A stretch of 64,000 nt of DNA from a virus (lineage: Duplodnaviria; Caudoviricetes), in the IMG/VR virus record IMGVR_UViG_3300016643_000312, positions 5,139-69,138 of that record; one strand, written 5' to 3'. Position numbers and translations under genes: made by a program. How positions within the stretch are numbered: position 1 is the stretch's first letter; the number at the start of each line of letters is the position of its first letter. Below the pieces are notes generated by a model. The model was not told where the DNA came from, made no database searches, and saw only the letters and a list, made by a program, of their open reading frames with translations. Below, piece by piece: positions 63,402 through 64,000 of the stretch.

Positions 63402-63556
63402 AAATCTACGATGATGGAGACGAACGAGCCGTCAGGGTCATCGGACTTCCAGGTTTCCACTTCTTTGATTTCGTGGCACTCCTGCTCGAGGTCGACACAA
63501 ATGTCCATGCCCGGGTCGAGCTTACTGAGTTTTTCAACGAGTTCACCTACGGTCAT
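63398..63556 (-). CDS. Small acidic protein (MTVGELVEKL family)
   Basis: ATG 63556 in ATGA overlap. Confidence 0.65.
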   Translation of the reverse strand: MTVGELVEKLSKLDPGMDICVDLEQECHEIKEVETWKSDDPDGSFVSIIVDF

Positions 63557-63885
63557 TCCGTCTCCTGTGGTTTTGGCGGATGGACTTTCTGTACAAGCTG
63601 GAACCATGAATCCGCCGTCATGGTGACCAGCCAGGGTTGGTTGTTTTTTCTGTGGCAGACCGCAACCGGTTTAGGGCCTGCATCACGAAGTGCCTGTTCA
63701 ACGGCCTTGGCAACGTTGAGATTCTGCACACGTTTGACTTCAAAGTGGAAGGGGAGCTCGCAAACGACGTCGGGTGCGTCGGGGTGACCGGAATATTGAC
63801 GACCACGGCGTGCTTCATAGCCGCGCTGCCGGCATTCATCGCGCCACTCCCGTTCGCCCACGCATCCCTTGGCACGGCTATTCAC
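63553..63885 (-). CDS. Holliday junction resolvase (Hjc-like PD-(D/E)XK)
   Basis: NSRAKG..GERE...PDVV...HFEVKR...HRKNNQPWLVTM. Confidence 0.85.
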   Translation of the reverse strand: MNSRAKGCVGEREWRDECRQRGYEARRGRQYSGHPDAPDVVCELPFHFEVKRVQNLNVAKAVEQALRDAGPKPVAVCHRKNNQPWLVTMTADSWFQLVQKVHPPKPQETE

Positions 63886-64000
63886 GGGGCAGGCCGAACT
63901 TGTCGTTCGCCAGCCACCGCTCGATGTCGGTTTCCGAAATGCGGATCGTCCCACCGGCTCTGGAGTGGGGAAGGGGGTGTTTTTTTGCCGAGAGATAACG
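63878..64000 (-). CDS. Excisionase-like HTH protein, C-terminal part (truncated by the window)
   Basis: Minus-strand frame reads ...HPLPHSRAGGTIRISETDIERWLAND. Confidence 0.65.
   Translation of the reverse strand, partial: RYLSAKKHPLPHSRAGGTIRISETDIERWLANDKFGLPRE

Noticed and set aside
7750-63820. Four other TAYTGAC heptamers (7775 minus, about 37870 minus, about 62117 minus, 63794 plus)
   Set aside because: No TA at the fixed offset and all intragenic; counted as background.
63878-64000. Prophage or temperate call based on the excisionase-like HTH
   Set aside because: Such HTH genes are common in lytic replication modules; no integrase, att site or host genes in the window.

Overview
This window is about 64 kb of a tailed dsDNA bacteriophage genome with podovirus-like architecture. 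It is probably an uncultured aquatic phage; a PVC/Verrucomicrobia-type host is only a weak inference. (1) 1-35268 (+) is the late module: C-terminal part of the major capsid protein, a lysis cassette (holin-like genes, a lipoprotein with unimolecular-spanin topology, CHAP endolysin), tail/adaptor/fibre genes, three ejection-type proteins including a 4012-aa polyvalent giant, and a cluster of small basic proteins. (2) 35303-46850 (-) is an early/host-takeover operon: many tiny ORFs, DUF932-like, rIIA/rIIB, an XRE HTH, a possible histone-fold protein, a Gp88-like Fe-S protein and two HhH-GPD glycosylase-like genes. (3) 46919-49930 holds an isolated small-terminase-like gene, a possible pac/terminus region and an iteron-like origin. 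(4) 49964-64000 (-) holds an accessory adhesin/cupin/HNH cassette and the replication module (primase-helicase, PolA, SSB-like, Cas4-like nuclease, SF2 helicase, resolvase). I saw no tRNA, CRISPR array, integrase, sigma factor, large terminase or portal; the latter two probably lie outside the window. The main unexplained patterns are: a 14-copy bipartite motif TAYTGACN-N12-TA that behaves like a short-spacer promoter and includes three antisense copies; a shared N-terminal peptide M-[P/A/T]-L-G on seven late ORFs; degenerate NAD/ADP-ribose-related and ASCH domains in the giant ejection protein; and the glycosylase pair with the Fe-S gene. All family assignments are from motif recognition by eye, without database searches.
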